The position numbers and the translations under genes were made by a program. DNA of 64,000 nt from Acidobacteriota bacterium (lineage in GTDB: Bacteria; Acidobacteriota; Thermoanaerobaculia; Multivoradales; JBCCEF01), in contig JBCCHV010000005.1 of assembly GCA_039028635.1 (NCBI GenBank), forward strand, positions 12,118-76,117, given 5' to 3'. Positions 48,848 to 58,372 of this stretch are shown in pieces (within the stretch, counting starts at the first letter, position 1; each line of letters opens with the position of its first letter). Under the pieces are notes generated by a model. It worked only from the letters and a program-made list of their open reading frames with translations, had not been told where the DNA came from and did no database searches.

Positions 48848-49932
48848 ACCGGTGGCTCCGCAACGCCCTCTACCTGATCGCGGCCGATTATCAGCGCTCT
48901 TCCGATACCCACCTGGTGCGGGTCGAGCCGCCTCCAGCCAACGAGGTGAGCCTCTATCTGAAGGATGAGTCGACTCATCCCACCGGCAGCCTCAAGCATC
49001 GTCTGGCCCGGTCACTGTTCCTCTATGGACTCTGCAACGGCCACATCCGCGAGGGTACGACCATCGTCGAGTCGTCATCGGGCAACACCGCTGTCTCCGA
49101 GGCCTACTTCGCGCAGCTTCTCGGTCTACCGTTCGTCGCGGTCGTCCCACAGGGCACTTCGCAGAAGAAAATCGACCAGATCGCCTTCTATGGCGGCAAA
49201 TGCCACTTCGTGCCGGGACACCAGATCTATGCCGAGGCGGCGCGGCTCGCCGCCGAGCTCGACGGCCACTACCTGGACCAGTTCACCTACGCCGAGCGGG
49301 CGACCGACTGGCGCGGCAACAACAACATTGCCGAGTCGATCTTCGAGCAGATGAAGTGCGAGCCCTCCCCGACCCCCAGCTGGATCGTGGTCAGCGCCGG
49401 AACCGGCGGTACGGCCGCCACCATTGGGCGCTACATCCGCTACAAGTCCTTCTCGACCAGGCTCTGCGTCGCGGACCCCTCGAACTCCGTTTTCTTCGAC
49501 TACTTCAGGACCGGCGACCAGAAGCTGGTGTCCGACCAGACCTCCAACGTCGAGGGCATCGGTCGGCCGCGCGTCGAACCATCCTTCAACTGCGCTGTCA
49601 TCGACAAGATGATCAAGGTGCCCGATGCTGCCGCCTACGCAACCCTGCGGTTCCTCGAAGGCATCCTCGGCCGACGCTGTGGCGGCTCGACCGGGACCAA
49701 CGCCTACGCGGCCCTACAGCTCATCGCGAGCTTCGAGGGAGGAGAGCTACCGGCCAGCGTCGTGTCGATGATCTGTGACGGCGGGGATCGTTACTCGGAC
49801 ACCTACTACGACGATGCCTGGCTAGAGCGGCACGGATTCGACCTCGCCCCCTACACTGAGCAGCTCGAGACTTTCTGGGAGACCGGCGTTTGGAACACCC
49901 TGGCGGGCGAAGAGCACCGCTGCATCGGCTGA
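48844..49932 (+). CDS. PLP-dependent cysteine synthase family enzyme (CysK/CBS fold)
   Basis: PLP-lysine context HPTGSLKHR. Gly-rich loop SAGTGGT. ATGA overlap with the MFS gene. Confidence 0.8.
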   Translation: MNRWLRNALYLIAADYQRSSDTHLVRVEPPPANEVSLYLKDESTHPTGSLKHRLARSLFLYGLCNGHIREGTTIVESSSGNTAVSEAYFAQLLGLPFVAVVPQGTSQKKIDQIAFYGGKCHFVPGHQIYAEAARLAAELDGHYLDQFTYAERATDWRGNNNIAESIFEQMKCEPSPTPSWIVVSAGTGGTAATIGRYIRYKSFSTRLCVADPSNSVFFDYFRTGDQKLVSDQTSNVEGIGRPRVEPSFNCAVIDKMIKVPDAAAYATLRFLEGILGRRCGGSTGTNAYAALQLIASFEGGELPASVVSMICDGGDRYSDTYYDDAWLERHGFDLAPYTEQLETFWETGVWNTLAGEEHRCIG

Positions 49933-50076
49933 TCGGGCAGCCGCCGCGACGGGAGAGGAGGCCCAAGAACCGCGCTTCTTGGGCCGGAGCGGGACGCGCA
50001 GTCAGGGGCGCTCGGCCCGGGACCCGCAGTCAGGCGCGCGCAGCCCCTCTCGGAAAAAACCGCTAGCTGCGCTGGA

Positions 50077-50100
50077 AAAGCCGCAAGGCGGACTTTTTCA
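50077..50100. terminator. Bidirectional intrinsic terminator aaaaGCCGCaagGCGGActttttc between convergent genes
   Basis: Hairpin with an A-tract on one side and a T-tract on the other. An additional perfect 10-bp hairpin lies at 49960-49985 (GGCCCAAGAA-ccgcgc-TTCTTGGGCC). Confidence 0.45.
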
Positions 50101-50108
50101 GCAGTCTG

Positions 50109-50648
50109 CTAGCGGTCGCTGCGCAGCAGCGAGTAGAGATGATTGTCGACCCGGCCTTCGGGCAGGCGGAAGTAGCTGCGCAGCCGCCCCTCGTGCCGGA
50201 AGCCGAGCTTTTCGAGGACCCGCCGGGAGGCTTCGTTCTCGACCGCACAGCGTGCTTCGATGCGCTCGAGGACGGTGCCGGCGAAGAGATCTTCGAGCAG
50301 CAAACGGAGCGCGACGGTCATCACGCCGCGGCCCTGGAACGACGTCGACAAGGCGTAGCCGACCTCCGCCAAGCCGTGCTCCCAGTTGCTAACCACCAGG
50401 GTGATCCAGCCAGCCGGCTCGTCGTCCGACTGCACGATCCACTGAAATTTCTCACCCCGGGAGCGGTAGAGGTCGCTCATGCGATGGCTCGCCACGTCGG
50501 TGCGCAGTTGACCGACGGTGAGGTCGTTGAGGGGCTGGTAGCGACGCACCGAGTCCTCGGCCCGCCAGCGGCGCAGGAACTCGGCATCGCGCGGAACGGC
50601 CGGCCGCAGGCTGACGCGAGGGTTCGGGGGACTGACCGGCAGGGACAT
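50109..50648 (-). CDS. GNAT-family N-acetyltransferase (RimJ/RimL-like)
   Basis: Acetyl-CoA-binding context QGRGVMTVALRLL. Confidence 0.8.
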   Translation of the reverse strand: MSLPVSPPNPRVSLRPAVPRDAEFLRRWRAEDSVRRYQPLNDLTVGQLRTDVASHRMSDLYRSRGEKFQWIVQSDDEPAGWITLVVSNWEHGLAEVGYALSTSFQGRGVMTVALRLLLEDLFAGTVLERIEARCAVENEASRRVLEKLGFRHEGRLRSYFRLPEGRVDNHLYSLLRSDR

Positions 50649-50727
50649 TCGAAGTTCGGGCTCTCCCCGACCTCCTCGAACCAGAGAACGGGGTGATGAG
50701 GATTGAGGTTTAGGTTACTACAGAGGG

Positions 50728-52251
50728 CTACTCACGGACCGTCAGGCCGAGCATCTGAGCCTCCTGCGTCGACGGTGGGGGCGAGCCACCTCCGCGAGAG
50801 AAACCCTCGAGCAGCGAAAGCAGAACGATGTAGGAGTAGCCCTGCAGGAAGAGGAAGAGAAACGGCAGGGAAGCCCACATTCCGTCCCACGCCGCAAAGG
50901 CGAAACAGGCGATGAAATAAAGGGCGAAGACGACCTCGAGAAGCAGGGTCATGCTGCGACCGGCACGGTAGCGCTTCGGTTTCCAGCCGTCGGCACGCTC
51001 GACGATCGAGAATTTGGGAGTGCGCACGAACTCGCCGCCCCGCTGGCGAAAACCGGACAGCACCGCCGCCGAATTGCTCAGCGAAAGGCCGATACCCAGA
51101 CCCATCAAGGCCGGCAGCCAGCGCAGCGAGCGGCGCCAGTTTCGCCCGCCGGCGATCTGGCTGGCCGAGTAAAAGACCAGCACCGAGACGGTGGCGGCGA
51201 GGAACAGCGGCAGATCGATCAGCAGCAGAAGCTCGATCGAGGAGCCGCGGCGCAGGACCATGGCGGGAAAGACCAGCAGCGCCAGCACCACCATCAACAG
51301 ATAGCTGACGTTGTTGGTCAGGTGGACGGCGGCCTCGGCCTTGACTCGCCAAGGCAGATCGGCAGCGAAGATGCGGCGCAGCAGCTTGCGGCCGGTCTGG
51401 ATCGAGCCCTTGGCCCAGCGGTACTGCTGGCTCTTGAAGCCGTTGATCTCGACCGGTAGCTCCGCCGGCACCAGCAGGTCCGGCAGATACAGGAACCGCC
51501 AGCCGGCCATTTGCGAGCGATAGGAGAGGTCGAGGTCTTCGGTCAGGGTGTCGTGCTGCCAGCCTCCGGCCTGCTCGATGGCCTGGCGCCGCCAGATGCC
51601 GGCGGTGCCGTTGAAGTTGAAGAAGCAGCCGCTGCGATTGCGCGCGGTGTGCTCGATCACGAAGTGGCCATCGAGAAAGATCGCCTGGATCCGGGTGAGC
51701 AAAGAGAACTCCCGATTGAGGTGATCCCAGCGCGCCTGAACCATGCCGATCCCGGGGTCCGAGAAGTAGGGCACGGTGCGGCGCAGAAAGTCCTTGGAAG
51801 GCAGGAAGTCGGCATCGAAGACGGCGACCAGAGAGGCCTTCGTCTGCTTCAGGCCGGCCTCGAGTGCGCCGGCCTTGAAGCCGGTGCGATCCTCGCGGTG
51901 GAGGTGGCGGATCGGCACCCCGAGGTCGGCCTGCCGGGCCACCGCATCGGCCACGATCTGGCGCGTCTCGTCGGTGGAGTCATCGAGTACCTGAATCTCC
52001 AGCCGCTCCCGCGGATAGTCGATCTCGCAGACCGCATCGATCAGGCGACGGGCGACATACATCTCGTTGTAGAGTGGCAACTGGACCGTCACCAAGGGCC
52101 ATTCCTCGGGCGGCGCCGGCTCGACGGCGACCCGTTTCCGGGAGCGCCAGTAGAGGACCACCAGCACCATTCGGTGGATGCCGAAGATGGCGAGGATCCC
52201 CAAGATCCCGTAATACATCCCAAGCAGTGTCGATGCCATCCCTGAGCTCAT
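50728..52251 (-). CDS. Processive family-2 glycosyltransferase (cellulose-synthase/NodC-like) with C-terminal TM domain
   Basis: DDSTDET, DAD, and the Q..RW motif (QQYRWAKG). Confidence 0.8.
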   Translation of the reverse strand: MSSGMASTLLGMYYGILGILAIFGIHRMVLVVLYWRSRKRVAVEPAPPEEWPLVTVQLPLYNEMYVARRLIDAVCEIDYPRERLEIQVLDDSTDETRQIVADAVARQADLGVPIRHLHREDRTGFKAGALEAGLKQTKASLVAVFDADFLPSKDFLRRTVPYFSDPGIGMVQARWDHLNREFSLLTRIQAIFLDGHFVIEHTARNRSGCFFNFNGTAGIWRRQAIEQAGGWQHDTLTEDLDLSYRSQMAGWRFLYLPDLLVPAELPVEINGFKSQQYRWAKGSIQTGRKLLRRIFAADLPWRVKAEAAVHLTNNVSYLLMVVLALLVFPAMVLRRGSSIELLLLIDLPLFLAATVSVLVFYSASQIAGGRNWRRSLRWLPALMGLGIGLSLSNSAAVLSGFRQRGGEFVRTPKFSIVERADGWKPKRYRAGRSMTLLLEVVFALYFIACFAFAAWDGMWASLPFLFLFLQGYSYIVLLSLLEGFSRGGGSPPPSTQEAQMLGLTVRE

Positions 52252-53615
52252 CCTCTATCGCCTCCACGACTGCCAAACCCCCGGCGACCGCTGCCGTCTG
52301 GTGGGCCGGCGCACCCCTGGTGGCCCTCTGCGCGACGCTGGCGGTCCTGCGGAACCTCGAGCAACACCTCTCCTGGACCGTCTTCCTGCTCACGGCAGGG
52401 ACCTGCGGTCTGTTGTGGATCGGGCGTCGCCTCGAAGCGGTGCACGCGCCGACCGTGGCCCTGCTCGGCATCGCCTTGCTGATGCGACTGCCGCTGCTGA
52501 CCTTGCCGCCGACGCTCTCCGACGACATCCTGCGCTACCTCTGGGACGGTCGCGTCGCCGCCGCCGGCCAGAACCCTTACGCCCTGGCACCGGAGGCTGC
52601 CGAGCTCGCGCCCCTGCGGGACGACCTCTGGCAAGCCCTTCCCCATCGCCAGGTTCCGACCGTCTACCCGCCCCTCGCCGTCGGCCTGTTCAGTATAGCT
52701 GCACGCCTGCCGGCCTCTCAGCAAGTCTTGAAAGGCGCCCTCGCCGGTGCCGATCTGCTCGCCGCCTGGGGGCTGATCGCCATCGCCCGACGACGGCACT
52801 GGCCGGTGGCTCGCGTCGTGCTGTTCGCCTGGAACCCCTTGCTGGCCCTGGAATCCGCCGGCATGGGACATATCGACGCCCTCGGGGTCGCCGCCACGGT
52901 GGCGGTCGTCGCCGCCCTCGTCGGCCCGCGCCGCGACGGCCGGGCGGCGCCCCTGGCGGCCGCCGCCGGCATCCTGGCCAAGCTCGCGCCGGTGGCAGCG
53001 GTGCCCATGTGGGGTCGCCAGAGTGGCCGCCCGTGGCGCTTCGTGCTGCTCGCCGGCGGCACGTCCCTGGTGGCCTTCGCACCGGTGCTCCTGGCCACCG
53101 GCGGACCACCCCCGGGTTGGCTCACCTACGGCGTGTCGTGGGAGTTCAACGGTCCCCTCTTCGAACCTCTGTGGCGCCTCGTCGACCGGCTCGGCGTAGC
53201 GGCCGGGTTGCACCACCTGCTCGACCTGGTCAAGGCAGGAACGGGTCATCACGAAGGTTGGAATCGGCTCTACCCGTGGATTTATCCCAAGCTCATCGCC
53301 AAAACCCTGCTGGCGCTGCTGATGGGACTCGCGGTGTGGCGCTCCTGGCGACGCCCGGACCCGGTGCGCGGGACGGCGGAGCTGTTTGCAGCGCTGCTGC
53401 TCTGTTCGGCCACGTTCTATCCCTGGTACATCACCTGGATGATGCCGTGGGCAGCCCTCCTCCGCCGGCACTCCTGGCTGCTGTTGAGCGCTCTGCTACC
53501 GCTGAGCTATCTGCCCCAATTCTCGAACCTTCCCCTGATGCCATGGCTGTTCGCCGCCATCTGGGGCCCCTTCTTCCTGCTCGAGATCCATCGCCGATGG
53601 TCGTCTACCGGCTGA
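52233..53615 (+). CDS. GT-C type membrane glycosyltransferase (DUF2029/GT87-like mannosyltransferase family)
   Basis: Polytopic membrane protein with an LSDDILRYLWDGR motif near the N-terminus. The start is uncertain; it overlaps the divergent GT2 start. Confidence 0.55.
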   Translation: MPSLSSSSIASTTAKPPATAAVWWAGAPLVALCATLAVLRNLEQHLSWTVFLLTAGTCGLLWIGRRLEAVHAPTVALLGIALLMRLPLLTLPPTLSDDILRYLWDGRVAAAGQNPYALAPEAAELAPLRDDLWQALPHRQVPTVYPPLAVGLFSIAARLPASQQVLKGALAGADLLAAWGLIAIARRRHWPVARVVLFAWNPLLALESAGMGHIDALGVAATVAVVAALVGPRRDGRAAPLAAAAGILAKLAPVAAVPMWGRQSGRPWRFVLLAGGTSLVAFAPVLLATGGPPPGWLTYGVSWEFNGPLFEPLWRLVDRLGVAAGLHHLLDLVKAGTGHHEGWNRLYPWIYPKLIAKTLLALLMGLAVWRSWRRPDPVRGTAELFAALLLCSATFYPWYITWMMPWAALLRRHSWLLLSALLPLSYLPQFSNLPLMPWLFAAIWGPFFLLEIHRRWSSTG

Positions 53616-54373
53616 CCCTCTCCTATCGCGGCGGCGCCTACCACGGCTGGCAACGGCAGGCCAACGGCCGCACCGTTCAGGAGATGGTCGAGACCGCCCT
53701 CGGCGAGCTCCTCGAGCGACCGATCACGGTTCACGGCGCCAGCCGCACGGACGCCGGGGTGCACGCCCGCGGCCAGGCGGCGCATCTGCAGCTCGAAGAG
53801 CCCTTCGCCACCGGCGGCCTGATTCACGGCACCAACCGCCACCTACCGGCAGATATACGTGTCCTGGCGGCGGACCGGATGCCGGACGGATTCCACGCCC
53901 AGCGCCACGCCGCCGGCAAGGAGTACCGATATCGCCTGATCCGCGGCCGGATCTTGTCGCCCCTCGATGCTCCCTTCGCGGTTCCGGTACGGCCGGAAAT
54001 CGACCTCACGCGCTTGCGTCGCGCCGCCGCCGCCCTCGTCGGGCGCCACGATTTCACCGCCTTCGCCCTTGCTGGCGGCTCCCACCAGCAACCGTTTCGC
54101 CACATTTGGCAGGCAGACTGGCTGGAGAACGGGAGGGAGCTGGTTTTCCGAGTTTGCGGCGACGGCTTCCTTCGGGGTATGGTCCGCAGCCTCGTCGGTA
54201 CGCAGCTCGACGTCGGCCTCGGACGGCGCTCTCCGGACTCCTTTGCGGCGCTCCTCGAGGGCCGACCGAGGAGCGCTGGAGGACCTACGGCCCCGGCCCA
54301 CGGCTTGTGCCTGATGGGGGTTTTCTACGAACCACCATGGAGCCCGATGAAACCTGACGATATGGTAACTTAG
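53597..54373 (+). CDS. truA: tRNA pseudouridine(38-40) synthase
   Basis: YRLTLSYRGGAYHGWQRQ...GASRTDAGVHA. Confidence 0.9.
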   Translation: MVVYRLTLSYRGGAYHGWQRQANGRTVQEMVETALGELLERPITVHGASRTDAGVHARGQAAHLQLEEPFATGGLIHGTNRHLPADIRVLAADRMPDGFHAQRHAAGKEYRYRLIRGRILSPLDAPFAVPVRPEIDLTRLRRAAAALVGRHDFTAFALAGGSHQQPFRHIWQADWLENGRELVFRVCGDGFLRGMVRSLVGTQLDVGLGRRSPDSFAALLEGRPRSAGGPTAPAHGLCLMGVFYEPPWSPMKPDDMVT

Positions 54374-54411
54374 CGTCCCTACGGTGGTAATTTTTTAGTG
54401 TCCCAACGGCG

Positions 54412-55215
54412 ATGATCGATCTCTCTACACTCGCCGAGCCCGGATCGCCGGAAGAGCTCCTCGTCCGGCGGCTCGATCTCGAACGGCTTCCGCGCCATGT
54501 CGGTATCATCATGGACGGCAATGGTCGCTGGGCTCGGGGTCGCAATATGCCACGGGTCGAGGGTCACCGCGCCGGCATCGCGTCGGTCCGCGACACCGTC
54601 GAGGCGGCCGCCCGCCTCGACTTCGAGGTCCTCACCCTCTACGCCTTTTCGGTCGAGAACTGGAAGCGGCCGCGCTTCGAGGTCTGGACGCTGATGAACC
54701 TGCTGAAGGAGTACGTTCGGCGGGAGCTCGACACGCTGGTCAAGAACCGCATTCGACTGCAGGTGCTGGGCCGCTGGCGGGAGCTCGACCCCTCGGTGAT
54801 CAACGTCCTCGAAGGTGCCCTCGAGGCCACCCAGGACGGCGATCGCATGTGCCTCAACATCGCCCTCAACTACTCCGGCCGCTGCGAGATCGTCGATGCC
54901 TGCCGCCGCATCGTCACCGACTGGGCCGCCGGCAAGCCGGCCGATATCGACGAGGAAACCCTCGGCCGCTATCTCTACACGTCGGGTCAACCGGACCCGG
55001 ACCTGTTGATCCGCACCTCCGGCGAGATGCGGGTCAGCAACTTCCTGCTCTGGCAGATTGCGTACTCCGAGATCTGGGTCACCGAAACCCTATGGCCCGA
55101 TTTCCGGCGCCGCCATCTCTTCGAAGCCATCCTCGACTTTCAGAGCCGGGATCGCCGATTCGGCGCCGTCAAGGATTCCGAGTCCCCCGAAAGCCAGGCT
55201 TCCGGTCGCCGCTAG
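54412..55215 (+). CDS. uppS: Isoprenyl transferase / undecaprenyl-diphosphate synthase
   Basis: HVGIIMDGNGRWA...AFSVENWKRP...RTSGEMRVSNFLLWQ. Confidence 0.9.
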   Translation: MIDLSTLAEPGSPEELLVRRLDLERLPRHVGIIMDGNGRWARGRNMPRVEGHRAGIASVRDTVEAAARLDFEVLTLYAFSVENWKRPRFEVWTLMNLLKEYVRRELDTLVKNRIRLQVLGRWRELDPSVINVLEGALEATQDGDRMCLNIALNYSGRCEIVDACRRIVTDWAAGKPADIDEETLGRYLYTSGQPDPDLLIRTSGEMRVSNFLLWQIAYSEIWVTETLWPDFRRRHLFEAILDFQSRDRRFGAVKDSESPESQASGRR

Positions 55216-55230
55216 GTCCGCGCCCCACCC

Positions 55231-56037
55231 ATGCAGCGCCTCCTGACCGCCGCGGTGCTCGCACCGCCATTCGTGGCCTCTATGTTCTGGGGGCCCTGGC
55301 AGGTCTTCATGGCGATCATCGTTCTCGGCATCAGCCTCGCCGCCTGGGAGTTCGGCCGCATCGCTCGCCCTGCCGGCGGCCGAGGCGTTCTCGCCCTGCT
55401 GCCGATTCTGATTCCCTTGGCCGCCGCCGCTCTGGCGGTCGGTCCACAGCACCCACGGGTGGTTTTTTCCTTGGCCGTCGGCCTGGTGTTGGTGCCCGCC
55501 TGCTTGGTGCTGTTCGAGCGCTCGGACCTCTCCAAGGCCCTCGCCGGCGTCGGCGCCCTGACCTTCGGAACGCTCTATTTCGCTGTCCCAATGCTGGTCT
55601 GTTTTCGCCTGCGGCAGTTCGACTCCTGGGTGGTCTTTCTGGGCTTCGCCATCGTGTTCCTCGGGGACACCGGGGCCTACTACTTCGGACGCGCCTTCGG
55701 GCGCCGAAAGCTGGCCCCGCGGGTGAGCCCGAACAAGAGCTGGGAGGGCGCCTTCGGCGGCCTCGCCGTCGCCCTCCTGGTGACCGCCCTGTGGAGCCTC
55801 GGTCGCTTCGAGGAGATCCGCTGGCCGCTGATCGGCCTCGCCGCCGTCACCTCCATCGCCGCCCAGCTCGGAGACCTGGTGGAGTCGATGTTCAAGCGCG
55901 GCTCCGGCATCAAGGACTCCGGCACCCTGTTACCGGGCCATGGCGGCGCCTACGACCGCATCGACGGGCTGCTCTTCGGCCTGCCGGTGCTATGGCTCGG
56001 CGCCCAATGGCTCGGTATCGAGGCACTGCTGCCGTAG
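55231..56037 (+). CDS. cdsA: Phosphatidate cytidylyltransferase
   Basis: C-terminal signature KRGSGIKDSGTLLPGHGGAYDRID. Confidence 0.85.
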   Translation: MQRLLTAAVLAPPFVASMFWGPWQVFMAIIVLGISLAAWEFGRIARPAGGRGVLALLPILIPLAAAALAVGPQHPRVVFSLAVGLVLVPACLVLFERSDLSKALAGVGALTFGTLYFAVPMLVCFRLRQFDSWVVFLGFAIVFLGDTGAYYFGRAFGRRKLAPRVSPNKSWEGAFGGLAVALLVTALWSLGRFEEIRWPLIGLAAVTSIAAQLGDLVESMFKRGSGIKDSGTLLPGHGGAYDRIDGLLFGLPVLWLGAQWLGIEALLP

Positions 56038-56200
56038 AAGACGCTAAAATCGCCCCGGCGGTGGGAGGAATGTCGGCAGCTCCCGGCTTGTTGCGGCACT
56101 GAAAGCTCCGCACGGTGGATCTCGACACGCCGCTGAGCGTAAGAAGACATCAGAGGGCCAGCGGGCCCTGACCAATACCCCTCGCACTCGAGGCTCGGCC

Positions 56201-57517
56201 ATGTTCAACGACTTCCTCTACATGCTGTTCGCTTTCCCCTTCGCCCTCGGCGTGATCATCTTCGTTCACGAAGCGGGACATCTGCTGGTGGCCAAGGCTT
56301 TCAACGTCCGAGTGCACACCTTCTCCCTCGGCTTCGGCAAGCGTCTGTGGGGGTTCCGTCGTGGCGAGACCGATTACCGGGTCTCCCTGATCCCCCTCGG
56401 CGGCTACGTCAAGCTCGGCGGCGAGATGCCGGACGAAGCCACCGGCGATCCACGGGAGTTTCTCGCCAAGCCGCGCTGGCAGCGCATTCTGGTCTACCTG
56501 GCGGGTCCGGCGATGAACGTGGTGCTGGCCATCGCCCTGATCGCCGGCGTTTTCATGGTCGGTACGACGACCTCCGACCTGCCCGACATCGAGGCCGTGA
56601 TCGGAGGAGTGATCGAGGGTTCCTCGGCCGAAGAAGCAGGCTTGCAGCGAGGCGACCGGGTGCTCGCCGTCGACGGCGAGCCGGTCGAGCGCTGGGCCCA
56701 GGTCTCCCTCGCCCTGCTGACCTCGCCGGATCGTGCCGTCGAGCTCACTCTCGAGCGTCAAGGCCGAACGCTGCAGGCCGCGGTCACCCCCAATCGCCTC
56801 GACAAGTACGAGATCGGCGACCTCGCCGGCCTCTACCCGTCGGTACGCCCGAGCATCACCCGGGTCGAAAAAGACAGCCCCGCCGCCCGCGGCGGCCTCG
56901 AGGTCGGCGATCAGCTCACCAGCGTCGACGGCCGACCGGTCAACGACGGCAAATCCTTCGCCGACCACATCGCGGCCCACGCCGAAACCGAGGTCGTGCT
57001 GGGCGTGCTGCGCAAGCAACGCCCGGTGGAGCTGCGCGTCACGCCGAAAACGGACGATCAAGGGCGTGGTCTCATCGGCGTCGGCCTGGGCTTCTATCAG
57101 CGCTACGGGCTGGTCGACGCGGTGGTCCAGAGCTGCCGCTACAACCTCCAGATCGTGCAGCAGACCTTCGTCGTCCTCGACCGCATCTTCAAGCGTCGGC
57201 TGTCCGCCAAGGGCGCCCTGGCGGGGCCCATCGAGATCGCCGTGCAGAGCGGTCAAGCGGCCCAGACCGGCTTCAAGAACCTGCTCCACCTGATGGGCTT
57301 GCTGAGTATCAGCATCGCCCTGGTCAACCTGCTGCCGATCCCGATCCTCGACGGCGGCCAGATCACTATCCTGTTGGTCGAGAGCGTGCTGCGCCGTGAC
57401 CTCTCGCTGCGCTTCAAGGAAATCGTCGCCCAGGTCGGATTCGTGCTGATCATGCTCTTGACGGTGACGGTGATCTACTTCGACCTGGCCAAGAACCTGC
57501 CCTTCGGGGGCTCCTGA
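56201..57517 (+). CDS. rseP: RIP zinc metalloprotease RseP (site-2 protease)
   Basis: HEAGH within the first TM segment. PDZ region. LDGG motif. Confidence 0.9.
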   Translation: MFNDFLYMLFAFPFALGVIIFVHEAGHLLVAKAFNVRVHTFSLGFGKRLWGFRRGETDYRVSLIPLGGYVKLGGEMPDEATGDPREFLAKPRWQRILVYLAGPAMNVVLAIALIAGVFMVGTTTSDLPDIEAVIGGVIEGSSAEEAGLQRGDRVLAVDGEPVERWAQVSLALLTSPDRAVELTLERQGRTLQAAVTPNRLDKYEIGDLAGLYPSVRPSITRVEKDSPAARGGLEVGDQLTSVDGRPVNDGKSFADHIAAHAETEVVLGVLRKQRPVELRVTPKTDDQGRGLIGVGLGFYQRYGLVDAVVQSCRYNLQIVQQTFVVLDRIFKRRLSAKGALAGPIEIAVQSGQAAQTGFKNLLHLMGLLSISIALVNLLPIPILDGGQITILLVESVLRRDLSLRFKEIVAQVGFVLIMLLTVTVIYFDLAKNLPFGGS

Positions 57518-57595
57518 CGGAGCTCTCGGAGCCGCTCGAGACCGCCACCCGATGGCCGCGAGCGGCAGCGCGGCGTTTCTCGGCACCCTGCTAAG

Positions 57596-58372
57596 ATGAA
57601 AGCGATGTCGCCGGTGCTCGCAAAGGCCCTCCGGATCCTCGGCAGGCTCGCCTACGTGGGCGCCCTGGCGGGGGTTTTCCTGCTCGCCGCCTACCTGTCC
57701 TTCAACGCCTTCGTGCGCAGTGGCGCCACCGCCGCTCCAGATCTCGCGGGCCTGCCGCGCCAGACCGCCATCGACCTGCTCGCCGATCACGGGTTGAGCG
57801 CCCGAGTGCTCGAGGAGTCGGCGCGCTTCGATGGCGCCATCGCCGCTGGACACGTCGTCGAACAGCAGCCCCGGGCCCGCACCCTGGTGAAGCGCGGCAG
57901 CACGGTGCAGCTCGTCCTTTCCCTCGGCCCCCAGAAGACGCAAGTGCCCAGCCTGCGCGGTCAGTCCCTGCAATCGGCTCAGGTCGCCCTCGCCAATTCG
58001 GGCCTCGCCCTCGGTCGGACGCTGCGGGTGTACGAGCCCACCCTCGAGCCCGGCACGGTGGTCGAGCAGGCTCCGGCCACCGGCGAGGTAGTGCCGCCGG
58101 GAGCGACCGTCGACGCCCTGCTGTCTCTCGGCGGCTCGGCGGAGCGCTACATCATGCCGGATCTGGTCTACCGTGACTACGAGACCGTGCGCCGCTTCTT
58201 CGAAAACCGCAAGTTTCGTCTCGGCAGCGTCAAGTTCGAGACCTACGAAGGCGCTCGGGATGGAGCCATCCTGCGTCAGTTCCCCCTCGCCGGACACCCC
58301 TTGACCCGGCGCGAGGCCATTTCCCTGGTGGTCGCGACGCCGCCCGCAGCCGCCACCGAAGAGGACCTATGA
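57596..58372 (+). CDS. PASTA-domain protein (N-terminal TM anchor, 2-3 PASTA repeats)
   Basis: Repeated PDLAGLPRQTAIDLLADHGL.../VPSLRGQSLQSAQVALANSGL... modules. Confidence 0.65.
   Translation: MKAMSPVLAKALRILGRLAYVGALAGVFLLAAYLSFNAFVRSGATAAPDLAGLPRQTAIDLLADHGLSARVLEESARFDGAIAAGHVVEQQPRARTLVKRGSTVQLVLSLGPQKTQVPSLRGQSLQSAQVALANSGLALGRTLRVYEPTLEPGTVVEQAPATGEVVPPGATVDALLSLGGSAERYIMPDLVYRDYETVRRFFENRKFRLGSVKFETYEGARDGAILRQFPLAGHPLTRREAISLVVATPPAAATEEDL

Noticed and set aside
52301-53596. N-terminal 430 aa of the 690-aa ORF ending in TruA
   Set aside because: An Arg-rich alternative frame of the GT87-like membrane protein gene. TruA homology starts at 53597.
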